A stretch of 64,000 nucleotides of DNA. Source: Giardia intestinalis. Its lineage: Eukaryota. The stretch lies in NCBI GenBank assembly GCA_000002435.2, contig CM018790.1. The stretch is one strand, 5' to 3'. Below are positions 1 to 9,751 of this stretch, one piece after another; the stretch's first letter is position 1; each line of letters opens with the position of its first letter. Made by a program: the position numbers and the translations under genes. The notes beneath the pieces were generated by a model that ran no database searches, was not told the origin of the DNA, and was given only the letters and a program-made list of their open reading frames with translations.

Positions 1-1908
1 AAAGGCCTGTCTTGTCTGCTGAAGTTGTGGGCGGGGACAGGGGAACCTATTGTACGGCTGGTCTGGGGCTTGTGTGTAATAAATAATTGACCTATTGAAG
101 CCGTAGGATAGATTTGTCTGGGCACAGAAAGCCGTCATCCCTTGAGCATTACCTGCAAAGATAGAGTGTGTATTTGCTATTGGGACTAGGGGAGCAGTTG
201 GCGGCTTCTTTTCAGATAAAATTGCCTTACTGGCAAGGAGATACTTTGCCTGCAAGGAGTAAGAAGGACGCAAGAGGATTTGGAGCATAAATTCGTTGGA
301 TTTTTTTCCAGAATGGCTCTGCTTTAGTAGAGAACGTGTCCTGTTGTTCATGCAGATCAAGACAGTTCTACTCATTAGAAGATTTCGAGCTCCTAACAAG
401 AAGGGTTCGAAGATCTCTGCCACAAACCGGACGGATGCTCCCTGAGAACGAGTACTACTACCTGCTGCATCTCTACTGGAGCTTGCACCCTTACTTTGAG
501 GCCGAGGGGCTCTAGTATCGTCTATACTTATGGTGCTTGAATGAGAAGCCACATATTCCTCTATTCTTCTTGAGATGGATGCTGAGTAATTGTTCAGAAT
601 TTCCTCCACATAGAGCGCATACTCTACCAAGCTTTCGTGCTGCCTCATAGCCGTGTGATCTGGGAAGGTCAACTGTGCAGCCGTGTCAGTTGAGCCAGCG
701 ACATCGCGAACTAAAAGGTACTCTTGCAGGTCCATAGTGAGGCGATAAGCAAGGCCCTTTCCCCGATCCCTGAGTACACCGTGTGAGGACGCTGTGTGTC
801 TGCTTGCTATGTCTGTACGGCCAGTGGAAAAGGCTCCAGAAAAGTTCGATTTTGACAGCGATAAATCAGTACTAACAGGCATGTAGGCCGTAACACCAGC
901 AGCAAGCCTTTCAAATTTCTCAAGTGCTTGTTCTGACGTGAGGTCTGATTGGTCTTTCTTTGTGGCCTGGGCTGCTGGTTGAGCCAAGGAGGCTAGAGGA
1001 GCTTGCTTAACTCTACCTCCTCCACAAGTGCAATAGATCGCCGACCGCACTGTTCCGTCATCATCAGTTTCAACTGGTATGGTAAATTCCATGGTCCAAT
1101 TTGCACCGGGAATATTGTAAAGACCGTGAAAGTTAATAGCGTGGAACTGGAAGGTACCTATGGTGACATCTCTGGATTTGGTGTCCACAACACCCGTGGA
1201 TGCTGTGTTACTTAACATCTTTCTCAGAATAAAATCAGACATGGTTACAGTTACCGAAATACATGCATCTATCATGAAGTCTCCAGCTGTATCAGAGTCT
1301 CCAATGAGCACATCTCCAAACAATCCCAAAAGGCTATTTTTCAGGACAAATGTGGTCGAGTGAAGGAAAGAAAGCCCACCCGCAGTTGACAATGCTTTGA
1401 TAATGTGCTCTGACGTATCAATGCGCGCATGGGAAATCGGAATGCATAGAAGATCTACCTCTTCTGCTGGTTGGCCTTTGCTGCTAGGGGCGGCCTTTTT
1501 GGGGGCTAATAACGAGACACTTGATGCTGGAACAAGCACCAGCAGGTCAAGTCCGAGATGCATGTTAATCAGCCTAGTACAAATAGTGTCAATTGTGGCA
1601 GGATGGATGTTCATAGGAGACTTGATGGAGTCTATCTTTGCATGGAGCCCCATTCCATCCAAGATTTCCTCCGGAGAAAACGACATGCGAACGCTCGAAT
1701 CATTGGAAAAGGAAAGACAGGGGCATTCATTGTCGTGAGCATCTACATCCCTCTTTGGTATGGGCTTAAGTGTTGAGGGAGCCAAGATCGAGGGCAAGAG
1801 CAGGGAATCTTTACCACCGTAGTGAGTAGCAAGAAGATACTTTGGAGTTCCGCCAATCCTCAGATCTGGCAGCTGTGAGATGGAATGCAACTGAACGCAT
1901 ATCTCCAT
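1..1908 (-). CDS. Hypothetical protein, N-terminal ~636 aa (partial). The gene starts at the ATG at 1908..1906 and runs off the left edge of the window.
   Basis: My manual translation of the minus strand from the ATG at 1908 (context aaaaaATGgag, in-frame TAA immediately upstream) stays open to position 1. The track lists no complete minus-strand ORF here, consistent with a truncated long ORF. No recognised domain. Confidence 0.45.
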   Translation of the reverse strand, partial: MEICVQLHSISQLPDLRIGGTPKYLLATHYGGKDSLLLPSILAPSTLKPIPKRDVDAHDNECPCLSFSNDSSVRMSFSPEEILDGMGLHAKIDSIKSPMNIHPATIDTICTRLINMHLGLDLLVLVPASSVSLLAPKKAAPSSKGQPAEEVDLLCIPISHARIDTSEHIIKALSTAGGLSFLHSTTFVLKNSLLGLFGDVLIGDSDTAGDFMIDACISVTVTMSDFILRKMLSNTASTGVVDTKSRDVTIGTFQFHAINFHGLYNIPGANWTMEFTIPVETDDDGTVRSAIYCTCGGGRVKQAPLASLAQPAAQATKKDQSDLTSEQALEKFERLAAGVTAYMPVSTDLSLSKSNFSGAFSTGRTDIASRHTASSHGVLRDRGKGLAYRLTMDLQEYLLVRDVAGSTDTAAQLTFPDHTAMRQHESLVEYALYVEEILNNYSASISRRIEEYVASHSSTISIDDTRAPRPQSKGASSSRDAAGSSTRSQGASVRFVAEIFEPFLLGARNLLMSRTVLICMNNRTRSLLKQSHSGKKSNEFMLQILLRPSYSLQAKYLLASKAILSEKKPPTAPLVPIANTHSIFAGNAQGMTAFCAQTNLSYGFNRSIIYYTQAPDQPYNRFPCPRPQLQQTRQAF

Positions 1909-1998
1909 TTTTTAAAGAGATTCTAGATTTCTGGGAATGCTTGCCAGCCGCCCTTGTCTGCTTGATATGATCGTAATCTAACGCTACTACATGATGGC

Positions 1999-3300
1999 TT
2001 AGTCTATCTTGAGCATAACAACCTTAAAAGAGAAGTATTTTCGCAGAAATTCGAGGTAGTCTTTGATCTGGTATTCCACAGATTTCATGGGCATAATTAG
2101 ATCAGCAGCTCTCTTAGCATCATTACGTATCTCCTCGGGAACATCTGGTACAGATTCACATATGAAGTAGAAGAGGGTGTCCCTTATCAATGCTAGCTTA
2201 ATACCTACTTGGGGGTCTCTTAGGGCCAAAGCAGACGCTATGGCAGCATAAGCATCCTCTCGTGTAGTGTTTAAGGAGATGGAGTGCCTCTGCGCATAGA
2301 GAAGGACACCTTCCACCACACAAAACACCGCGATAACTTCTGGTTCACAGAGGAGATAACTGTCTGTTAATCTAGTAGCTGTTAGCACAAACTCCAGCTC
2401 CGTTTCAATCAGATTATACGTAATCACTGTCTCAGGATCGTGTCCCAGCTTAATCCTAGCACTTTGAAGGGTGGAAGAAATGAATTCATCGTCTATGTAA
2501 TCATCCGCAAGAACACAATAGACTGAAAAATCTAGCTTTTGGAGCAGATATAGTTCATGCTTTTTCATGGTGCGATAAATTTCGCTGAACAGTTCTCCAG
2601 TCTTTTTGTTGAGATCCCTGAGCTTGATGTCCTTCACCGGGTCATCTGCACGGATGCCGCAGGCTTCCTCTAAGTACGGACTGTCTGTGATGTACCGTGA
2701 GTCATAGAGCCTTGGGACATACGTCTCCCGGCGCTGAAAGCAGTCACAAGAACCTATCTTGAAGCTGAGAAGAATGCTTATCAAAAGCGGAGACAGTGGG
2801 TGGATCAGGGAGACGACAAGAAAACACGTCATTCGCCGGGCTAGAACCTCCGCTGTCTTCACCTGGTAATAGAGAAAAGACTTGTGCAGAATGTCCGAGT
2901 TGAAGGCCGAGAACCGCTGAGTCATGCGGTTATAGGCCGTCTGTATCTCTGGGTACTTTCTAACGCCTTGCGTGATAAACTGTCGAGCGAATACAGATAG
3001 AGCTATAACTTCGTTAAAGTCACAAGCCACCACAAACCGGCCCAAATTCTTTGCTTTCTCGTTATTCAGATCGCAAAGGGCGAGAGCAATGGTCTGATAG
3101 GGATTAATGATTTGACTGGAGATCATATAGTTCGCAAAGCTTAACGGAGCGTTCTTCAGAGGGTACTCACTCTGCCGGTAGCGCAGAGAATTGGTCAGGA
3201 CAGGGCCTGATGTGTATGCAGCTCTCCTTGCCGCCTGCAGCACTTCAGGTGAAGAAAACAGCCACCGCTGACATTGGGATGTATCGCTGAATTGAGGCAT
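1999..3300 (-). CDS. Hypothetical protein (433 aa)
   Basis: Long ORF starting at a true ATG (cat at 3298-3300). The sequence is protein-like and not low-complexity. No recognised motif. Confidence 0.6.
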   Translation of the reverse strand: MPQFSDTSQCQRWLFSSPEVLQAARRAAYTSGPVLTNSLRYRQSEYPLKNAPLSFANYMISSQIINPYQTIALALCDLNNEKAKNLGRFVVACDFNEVIALSVFARQFITQGVRKYPEIQTAYNRMTQRFSAFNSDILHKSFLYYQVKTAEVLARRMTCFLVVSLIHPLSPLLISILLSFKIGSCDCFQRRETYVPRLYDSRYITDSPYLEEACGIRADDPVKDIKLRDLNKKTGELFSEIYRTMKKHELYLLQKLDFSVYCVLADDYIDDEFISSTLQSARIKLGHDPETVITYNLIETELEFVLTATRLTDSYLLCEPEVIAVFCVVEGVLLYAQRHSISLNTTREDAYAAIASALALRDPQVGIKLALIRDTLFYFICESVPDVPEEIRNDAKRAADLIMPMKSVEYQIKDYLEFLRKYFSFKVVMLKID

Positions 3301-3519
3301 TTTCGATTTGGGCGGCTATTGCGACAACGCGGTAATCTGAAGAGTCCAGCAAGCATGGTAGTCACTGCAAGACACCACGGACCTAGTAGTTGGATTGGTG
3401 AGCCAGATTACAAGTCCAACTATCATGTTTACACCTACTATAGTCTAGTGCAACAAAGCATGAAATCCAAAGTATTTGGCAACTATAATCTTCATAAATG
3501 TGTACGTGCGTAAGAGACT

Positions 3520-4359
3520 TTAGCGTTTGAACTTCCCTCCCCCAGTAACCTTTTCTTTCGACGTTGCCGAGGCCTTATACTTATTTATTCTCCCTGCGCC
3601 GCTGTCATCCTTGCGAAGATGACTGAATTGCCTATAGACAAAAGTATCCTTATCAAGGGTTATAGGATCGTTCTTCTTACGCTCGGAGTACTTCCTGTTG
3701 AAGTCTTTGCGCCCGCTATACTTTATGTTCTTTCCAATCCGCCTTCGCCGTCGTTCGCTGACATATTTCTTCTCCACATCCTCTAGGCTTGGCAGATTAT
3801 CCTCTGCGATACCTTGCTTCTTAAGCTGAATGCGCTCCTCCTTCCACCTTCTAATTACTTCCTTCTGTGCCTTTTCAGATTGAATCTTCGATCGGTTCTT
3901 CTCGTGCTTAAGTTGTTTGCTCAGCTTCCGCTGGAGACGCAGGTTCCTGGCCCTTTCCTTCTCCAGTTTGGCGTCTTCAATGGCTTTCCGTTGGCCCTCT
4001 ACGCGCTTCATAATCTCTTCTGGTCGATACATTTCTGACACAAAACCCGGAGGAGGGAAAAATGGAACGTCGAGCTTACGGAACGCAGCTCGTGCTTGAC
4101 CGACAGCTGCAAACGCTTGGTCGTGAATAGCTGCCTCGCGAGCCTCATATAGATCGTCCTCCGAGTCGGCCTCCTGCCTATCAGTCTCGGACAGACGCTG
4201 CGCCAAGGCATCTATTCCCTTAGCTGTCACAGCCATATAATCCAGGAAGTACTCATTCCGGGGTAAGATTGCATGCAAGGCGACCTTTAGGTCCTCGGAG
4301 GATTTCACGACGCCAGGGTCTCGGGCATCCCCGGCCAGGTCGTCCTTCTCCGACTGCAT
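3520..4359 (-). CDS. Highly charged (K/R/E-rich) coiled-coil-like protein, possibly nuclear or nucleolar (279 aa)
   Basis: ATG start with an A-rich upstream stretch (gcaaaaaaacgagcaccgaacaataaATG). Composition is dominated by basic/acidic heptad-like stretches (EKERARNLRLQRKLSKQLKHEKNRSKIQSEKAQKE). Confidence 0.55.
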   Translation of the reverse strand: MQSEKDDLAGDARDPGVVKSSEDLKVALHAILPRNEYFLDYMAVTAKGIDALAQRLSETDRQEADSEDDLYEAREAAIHDQAFAAVGQARAAFRKLDVPFFPPPGFVSEMYRPEEIMKRVEGQRKAIEDAKLEKERARNLRLQRKLSKQLKHEKNRSKIQSEKAQKEVIRRWKEERIQLKKQGIAEDNLPSLEDVEKKYVSERRRRRIGKNIKYSGRKDFNRKYSERKKNDPITLDKDTFVYRQFSHLRKDDSGAGRINKYKASATSKEKVTGGGKFKR

Positions 4360-4498
4360 TTATTGTTCGGTGCTCGTTTTTTTGCAATGTTGAACTGAAA
4401 GGTTAAAAGTTGTGTTTTCAGTTAAAAATTTCAAAAATGAAAAAGCGGTCGCGGACTCTGCAATTCAAGTGGCGCAAATAGTTTCTTGACAATAAAAA
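4360..4498. promoter_or_regulatory. Divergent A/T-rich intergenic region shared by the minus-strand gene starting at 4359 and the plus-strand gene starting at 4499; presumed bidirectional core promoter / initiator region
   Basis: 139 bp A/T-rich sequence with A-runs directly 5' of both start codons, typical of Giardia initiator elements. Confidence 0.35.
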
Positions 4499-5185
4499 AT
4501 GAGCATGCGCATACCCCCGACGCTCAGCAAGGATCATCTCACGGGAACGATGGACGTGATTCGCAAGAATGGATCGGTCTTCGTTAGGCCGAATTCTGTC
4601 TGCGGCACCCCGTGCGGGACGCAGGGAGTCGACGATCTTCGCGCAACATGTAAGCCTACAACGTGCTTCTATCGGACGCCTCTTTCCACTTACACAGATG
4701 ACTTCAGGCCTTACCCCAGAGACGATGCATATCAGAGATTCTACGACAGCCTGCGCTGCCCCACACTCAGTACACTCACCCACAAGCAGAGGATGATTGG
4801 AGATAACACAACGACATATGAGGCTGCGTACCAGCCGATGGACGGAACAAGCGGCTCCTTGCCTTCCCTGCGCTTCGGAGTGAAGTGCGGCACGATGACA
4901 TGTCCGCCCGGCACAAAACCGATGACCGTAGGGGGCTGCAGGAACGGTTGCCCGAATCCTCAGAGCCAAAGCTCGATAGATCTTGATAGAAAGTGCATTG
5001 CAGATGGTAATCTGTGCTCTAGCAGTAGATGGAAATCCACTTATACCAAAGATTATTGTGAGGGCATGACTTCGTATCCTGTCGGCTTCAATCACCAGGG
5101 AATCAGTCAGCATTTCACTCAGTTCCTGAACAGCGGCAAATGGGGCACCGGAAAGATTGAGCGGGCGGTCGAAACACTTCACTAG
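4499..5185 (+). CDS. Hypothetical cysteine-containing protein (228 aa, about 12 Cys)
   Basis: True ATG in an A-rich context (caataaaaaATGagc). The fully overlapping antisense ORF 4418..5182 begins with GTG in the track and has an Arg/Cys/Ala-rich antisense-like composition, so I prefer the + strand. Confidence 0.45.
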   Translation: MSMRIPPTLSKDHLTGTMDVIRKNGSVFVRPNSVCGTPCGTQGVDDLRATCKPTTCFYRTPLSTYTDDFRPYPRDDAYQRFYDSLRCPTLSTLTHKQRMIGDNTTTYEAAYQPMDGTSGSLPSLRFGVKCGTMTCPPGTKPMTVGGCRNGCPNPQSQSSIDLDRKCIADGNLCSSSRWKSTYTKDYCEGMTSYPVGFNHQGISQHFTQFLNSGKWGTGKIERAVETLH

Positions 5186-5314
5186 CCTGTTTAGTCGTTC
5201 CCGGTCGGAAAGATAGTTAGTTTGGGCAAACTAACTTGATTTAAAGTAAATCTGCGAAATCTGTGAAACAGATCGAGGATAGATTTCTAGGTATGTCGCC
5301 CTGGGTGGGTTTGT

Positions 5315-7147
5315 TCACTTGTAGGCAAGGAGAAGGCGTGAGACTTCGTTGCTTGTGGCGTCGTCCAGGAGATCGCGGCACTGTAGCTCGGCCAAGTCCT
5401 CCGTAACAAGCTCAAATTTCTCGACATAGATGCTGGGGTCGTAGGCCAAAATGGTGGCAAAAATAAATATACAATGGGGCAAAATATAATTGCGATGACT
5501 CCATTTCATGTTCATAGATCGCTTGACAACAGATGCGCAAGCATTCCAAAGGTTGTCTTCATGACGGTCAAGAAATTCGGACTGGTCTTGTAGACTTAGA
5601 TGGTAGAGAATGTTGTGAATGGCCAGAAAGGAGTTTCTGCAGAACAGCAGGATGGATGACTGGAGCCCAAGAATAAAGTAGGAAACCAGATCTGAACAAA
5701 TGAAGACGTGTGCATGCGTTGTGGCTAGATTGCTGCAAATCCAGAAAATCCCTGCTACCACATGCATTGCAGATGAATTAGACGCCTCCATGTCTCCGTC
5801 CAGGAGGGTGGTAACAACGTTGAGGAACGCATGCAATAAGTTCCTAGACAAAATGACATCCAAATCCTCGTTGGAGAGTGCATTCAGGATGCTCCCGAGG
5901 CTCTTGATAAGAATATGCACTACACCGGCAGCATACGTTATCGGAAGGTCGTAGATTGCATTGAGAAGAACGTCCATGATGTGGGTGTGGGCGTACACAT
6001 TTCGACAGATATACTCCCGCGCCCTGACATTCTCTGCGTCGCAAAAAAAAGTCATGGCCCAGGCCAGGTAGATGAGTTGCTTGTTTAAATAGAAGAGCTC
6101 GAGATTGGGCTCCAGGCCCTTCAGCGCATTCTTGTGATCGATCCACGATTCGTGTGTACCCTCTACTAACCCACGAATCTGAACTTCGTCAAACCAGAGG
6201 GGGGTGGAAATGTTAAATAGATATAACAGTATCTCGACCACCAGGGGAAGAAGTTGCAAACAGGTCTGGTAGGTTGGATTGTCTAGCTCTGTGTCCTTCT
6301 TGGTGTAGACCAATGCTGCATTAGATAGAAACCAAAAGGAATTTGTTCTATAAATAAATGTCGCTGGTATCGATCCGGTGGGAATATTTTTGCACATTTC
6401 AAAAATAATTGGGCAAAATCCATTCAAAATTTGCTGGACAAGCTTGTGAGAGATATCTTTAGTCGAGATGCTGTTGGCAATCAATTGAATGATGGTTTCG
6501 TACACTAGTACATTGAGTGCCTTGTACTTGTCCTCCACCTGGACCACCTGATTGAGGACTAGAAGGAAGAGATCCACATCTGGCGCTCGAACGAAATAGA
6601 GCTCGAGCTCCATGAGATAATATATGTTGATGATTGCTAGGTAGAGCAGATTGAGATCTGCCTCCGTCTGTTGCCTATAAACCTCGCAGGATTGGGTCTG
6701 CTTAGATTGAGAGACAGAGCTTATTATTCCAAACAAGGATTCTATGAGTTTTTCTATCCGTGGCCTAGAAAAGCATCGCAATCTAGTGGGTGCGGTAGTA
6801 GACCGGGAGAGATCACTCACTATGGTGTACAGTATGTCTCTAATTTGCGACAACGCCTCCAGGCACTGACTGGCAGATTCTTGGCCAAAATACAGTGGAA
6901 TAGGTGGAAATAAGATTTCTTCGTCGCTTGGTTTCGGACAAGCGTCGTTGCCAGCGCTCCTGTTGCTCTTGTGCGAGTAATTGTTAACCTTGTTAGCCTT
7001 GTCGACTGCATCACTAACTTTAATTGAGAGGTCCAGGCCCGAGAGAAGCCTGCGCTGCGATTGATACTCCAAGTCTCTTCTATCTTTTAAGAAGATGGTT
7101 CTAGCACTGGAGCCAGCCACTTCTCTAGTTTGAGGGGCGCTGATCAT
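5315..7147 (-). CDS. Hypothetical protein (610 aa), largely alpha-helical-looking, possibly a HEAT/ARM-type repeat protein
   Basis: Long ORF with a true ATG (cat 7145-7147). No catalytic motif recognised. Confidence 0.6.
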   Translation of the reverse strand: MISAPQTREVAGSSARTIFLKDRRDLEYQSQRRLLSGLDLSIKVSDAVDKANKVNNYSHKSNRSAGNDACPKPSDEEILFPPIPLYFGQESASQCLEALSQIRDILYTIVSDLSRSTTAPTRLRCFSRPRIEKLIESLFGIISSVSQSKQTQSCEVYRQQTEADLNLLYLAIINIYYLMELELYFVRAPDVDLFLLVLNQVVQVEDKYKALNVLVYETIIQLIANSISTKDISHKLVQQILNGFCPIIFEMCKNIPTGSIPATFIYRTNSFWFLSNAALVYTKKDTELDNPTYQTCLQLLPLVVEILLYLFNISTPLWFDEVQIRGLVEGTHESWIDHKNALKGLEPNLELFYLNKQLIYLAWAMTFFCDAENVRAREYICRNVYAHTHIMDVLLNAIYDLPITYAAGVVHILIKSLGSILNALSNEDLDVILSRNLLHAFLNVVTTLLDGDMEASNSSAMHVVAGIFWICSNLATTHAHVFICSDLVSYFILGLQSSILLFCRNSFLAIHNILYHLSLQDQSEFLDRHEDNLWNACASVVKRSMNMKWSHRNYILPHCIFIFATILAYDPSIYVEKFELVTEDLAELQCRDLLDDATSNEVSRLLLAYK

Positions 7148-7283
7148 CGGCTCTTGACTCTGCTGCTTTGGCGCGTTAAAAGATTAAAAGATAGATTTCC
7201 AGAATAAATTTCCAAAAGACAACCATCAACAGCTTCCGTGCGCATTTACAGTTACAGATAAAGGAGGCTGGTGTGCCGGAAAA

Positions 7284-8585
7284 TTATCTAAAGACGATTT
7301 TGACTTCGTTAGACTTACGAGAATAGTGAGTCATCGCCTGCCAGAGAAGAGTCATCCCCAAGGCAGAGAAACTAAAGGTGAAAGATGGCTTAAGAGTGTG
7401 CGTGTTGTAGGAGGCGTCGTCTAAGAACTTAAGCTTCGTGACTAGCGCCCACCAAACAACAAACTCAAAGTAGGCCAGATAGCCAATGGCAAAGACGAAG
7501 ATCAGGAGAATCCAGATGACAAAGCGGCAGAAGACATAGCCTGCAGAGCCCTTTGGATTATAGTGGGGAAGAAGGCGGTGCCACAGCTGACAAATTGCCA
7601 ACAACACATAAGTAAGCACCATCCAGGTTCCGTGGGTTCGCACTGCGTGACCGGTACCGTCGCCGTCATCGAAATCCGGCGCGATTACCTTGCCTTCTAT
7701 ATGTAGTATGATCTCCGTGATGGCGTAGCATATAGCGTACTGGAAAAGCGAGAAGAAAACATAGTAAGGAGAGAGGACCCCGGCCCGATTCCCGGGTGTG
7801 ATATTAGGGCCAAGGTACCGCTTTAGGACCGGAGCTATGAGCGTATATGTCAAGAAGAAGGAGTTGATGAAAGCCTGGAGAATTGCGCCCCACTGATTGT
7901 AGTAGCTCCCGTTGCTTATCACCAGTCCGTGACCTCCCTGAGTGTCGGTCGCAAACACAATCCAGATGATCCACGAGAGCAAGTATCGGAGCGTTGCTTT
8001 ATGTGCAGGATCAGTCGTAACACCAAACAGGTTTCCAGAAAACACAGATCCGTCCATGGTAATGGTTAGAAAGTAGGCCACTTCATGCCACGACACAAGA
8101 CCATGGGACACCTTATACTGTCCGGTGAAAAAGTAAATGAGATAGAACTCCAGGTACGTCCCCACGACAGCCATGAGCATGATAACAGGAGTAAACACTG
8201 CTATGAGGGCCGGCGTGCCCCACTTGAGCCTAATGAGCGCGTTCTTGAACTTCGCATTGTCCATGTAGTGGTGAAGTAAAACGTACGCTACAGCCATCCA
8301 CCCGGTCATCAGGGTACCGATGTCTGCAAAACGATGACTGTCCAGTCCCGACATGAGGTAGCAAAACGGCAGCAGGATAAAGGGGGAAATAAGAATCATC
8401 ACGGTGTCAAAGAGGAACCACAGCACAGTCTTCCAAACAGGCGGTGGAAGCCACGGAAGATCCTCCTCAGGTTTCACGGAATAGCTCACGTGTCTCGTGT
8501 GACGGTCTGTTGTTTCCTCCCCAATTTGCGACATTTCATGTAGATATGAACTGTCGGCAAGGCTTCTCGGTGTATCCGTTGGCAT
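7284..8585 (-). CDS. Multi-pass integral membrane protein (about 433 aa from the first ATG)
   Basis: Many hydrophobic segments rich in W/F/L/I/Y consistent with at least 8 TM helices. The track start at 8600 is GTG. The first ATG (cat 8583-8585) is preceded by A-rich sequence (caaaaaatagcc). Confidence 0.6.
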   Translation of the reverse strand: MPTDTPRSLADSSYLHEMSQIGEETTDRHTRHVSYSVKPEEDLPWLPPPVWKTVLWFLFDTVMILISPFILLPFCYLMSGLDSHRFADIGTLMTGWMAVAYVLLHHYMDNAKFKNALIRLKWGTPALIAVFTPVIMLMAVVGTYLEFYLIYFFTGQYKVSHGLVSWHEVAYFLTITMDGSVFSGNLFGVTTDPAHKATLRYLLSWIIWIVFATDTQGGHGLVISNGSYYNQWGAILQAFINSFFLTYTLIAPVLKRYLGPNITPGNRAGVLSPYYVFFSLFQYAICYAITEIILHIEGKVIAPDFDDGDGTGHAVRTHGTWMVLTYVLLAICQLWHRLLPHYNPKGSAGYVFCRFVIWILLIFVFAIGYLAYFEFVVWWALVTKLKFLDDASYNTHTLKPSFTFSFSALGMTLLWQAMTHYSRKSNEVKIVFR

Positions 8586-8716
8586 TGCAAACTTTAGCAC
8601 GTGGCTATTTTTTGATGTGTCAGCACGTGACTTATATTTTTAAATGCTACACTTATATCTTGCCTCCTAGGGTTTGCGCAACAAGAAACGTGAAGAGCCT
8701 GAAACAGTTCGGCCAT

Positions 8717-9628
8717 TTAAAATACATTCTCATTACTTTGGGAGCCTTCAAGGAGCTCGTTGACCTCTTCCGCATTGGCGTCTTTTTCCTCCGACTTCTT
8801 GAGGTTGGGACGCCTACTCTGGCACGTTAGCCTGCATCCCTCTTGGTTTGTCACAGTAAATACGTATAGTAAGGTATGCGCGACTAAAATAGTTGGCACA
8901 TGGACATAGCAGATTGACAGAAGGTCGGAATAAGGAACGTTGATGCGGATCCCGTCGATGATAATGAGCGCGAACAGGACTGACCCAGCAATGGCTGCGC
9001 TGAGTATGTAAAGGATCGCTATTAGGCTCGGCCTTCCAGAGTAAAGGATTGGGGGCCCTATTATCATGACAAAGGCGGCAGTCAGCCCGAGCACAAGAGC
9101 GTGAATTCCCATATAGCACCCCACGCCCCACAACACATTCCTAAGGGATCCTGGAGAAAGGAGGAAGCTCACTGTCCATACATGCATCAGATATGCAGGG
9201 ATATAAACGGGGAGGCCCAGGCCCAAAAGGATCCTGTACGCCACCTCGAAACGCTGAGAACGCAGATGCTTGTTATTCGCAGCGCACTTGCAGGCCAAGG
9301 CGCACTTGATGATGCTTATAAGTATAAGGGCAAAAAGAAATAGAAGGAACACGCCCAGCATCGAAGCTATTCCGAGAATCGCTGGCAAATTGACATCGTA
9401 CCTATCCTCAATGTCCTCAATGATATCCTGGAGAGAACCTAAGGGGGCAGAGGCAGACCACTGCTTGCCATGGCGCGTCTGATCTGGCACAGCCTTTTCC
9501 TTCGCTATCTCAAAGTCCTTGTAGGGGATAAAACCTATGCATAGCGCGACACCAAGCACTGCCCCAAACGAAGAGTAAAGAAGAATAGCTGCCTTGTGCT
9601 TCCAGCGTGAACCTTGCGAAGCAGACAT
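8717..9628 (-). CDS. Multi-pass integral membrane protein (303 aa) with an acidic C-terminal tail
   Basis: True ATG with AT-rich upstream. About 6 hydrophobic helices (for example LGVFLLFLFALILISII and SLIAILYILSAAIAGSVLFALIII). C-terminal EEKDANAEEVNELLEGSQSNE. Confidence 0.55.
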   Translation of the reverse strand: MSASQGSRWKHKAAILLYSSFGAVLGVALCIGFIPYKDFEIAKEKAVPDQTRHGKQWSASAPLGSLQDIIEDIEDRYDVNLPAILGIASMLGVFLLFLFALILISIIKCALACKCAANNKHLRSQRFEVAYRILLGLGLPVYIPAYLMHVWTVSFLLSPGSLRNVLWGVGCYMGIHALVLGLTAAFVMIIGPPILYSGRPSLIAILYILSAAIAGSVLFALIIIDGIRINVPYSDLLSICYVHVPTILVAHTLLYVFTVTNQEGCRLTCQSRRPNLKKSEEKDANAEEVNELLEGSQSNENVF

Positions 9629-9751
9629 AGCAAAAACCCTTTATTATATTTCCTTCATTAGGCCAACACATTAATAGCAAGGTTAATAGAAACACAAAGA
9701 TTGAGCTATCTCGGCCCTATGAACCAGGTATAAAATTATCTTTGGATTCGT

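Noticed and set aside
4418-5182. Minus-strand 254-aa ORF overlapping the 4499..5185 gene
   Set aside because: Its first codon is GTG in the track, which is not a eukaryotic start, and its first ATG is 24 codons in. Its composition is typical of an antisense read of GC-rich coding DNA. It is kept as an alternative in the findings only.
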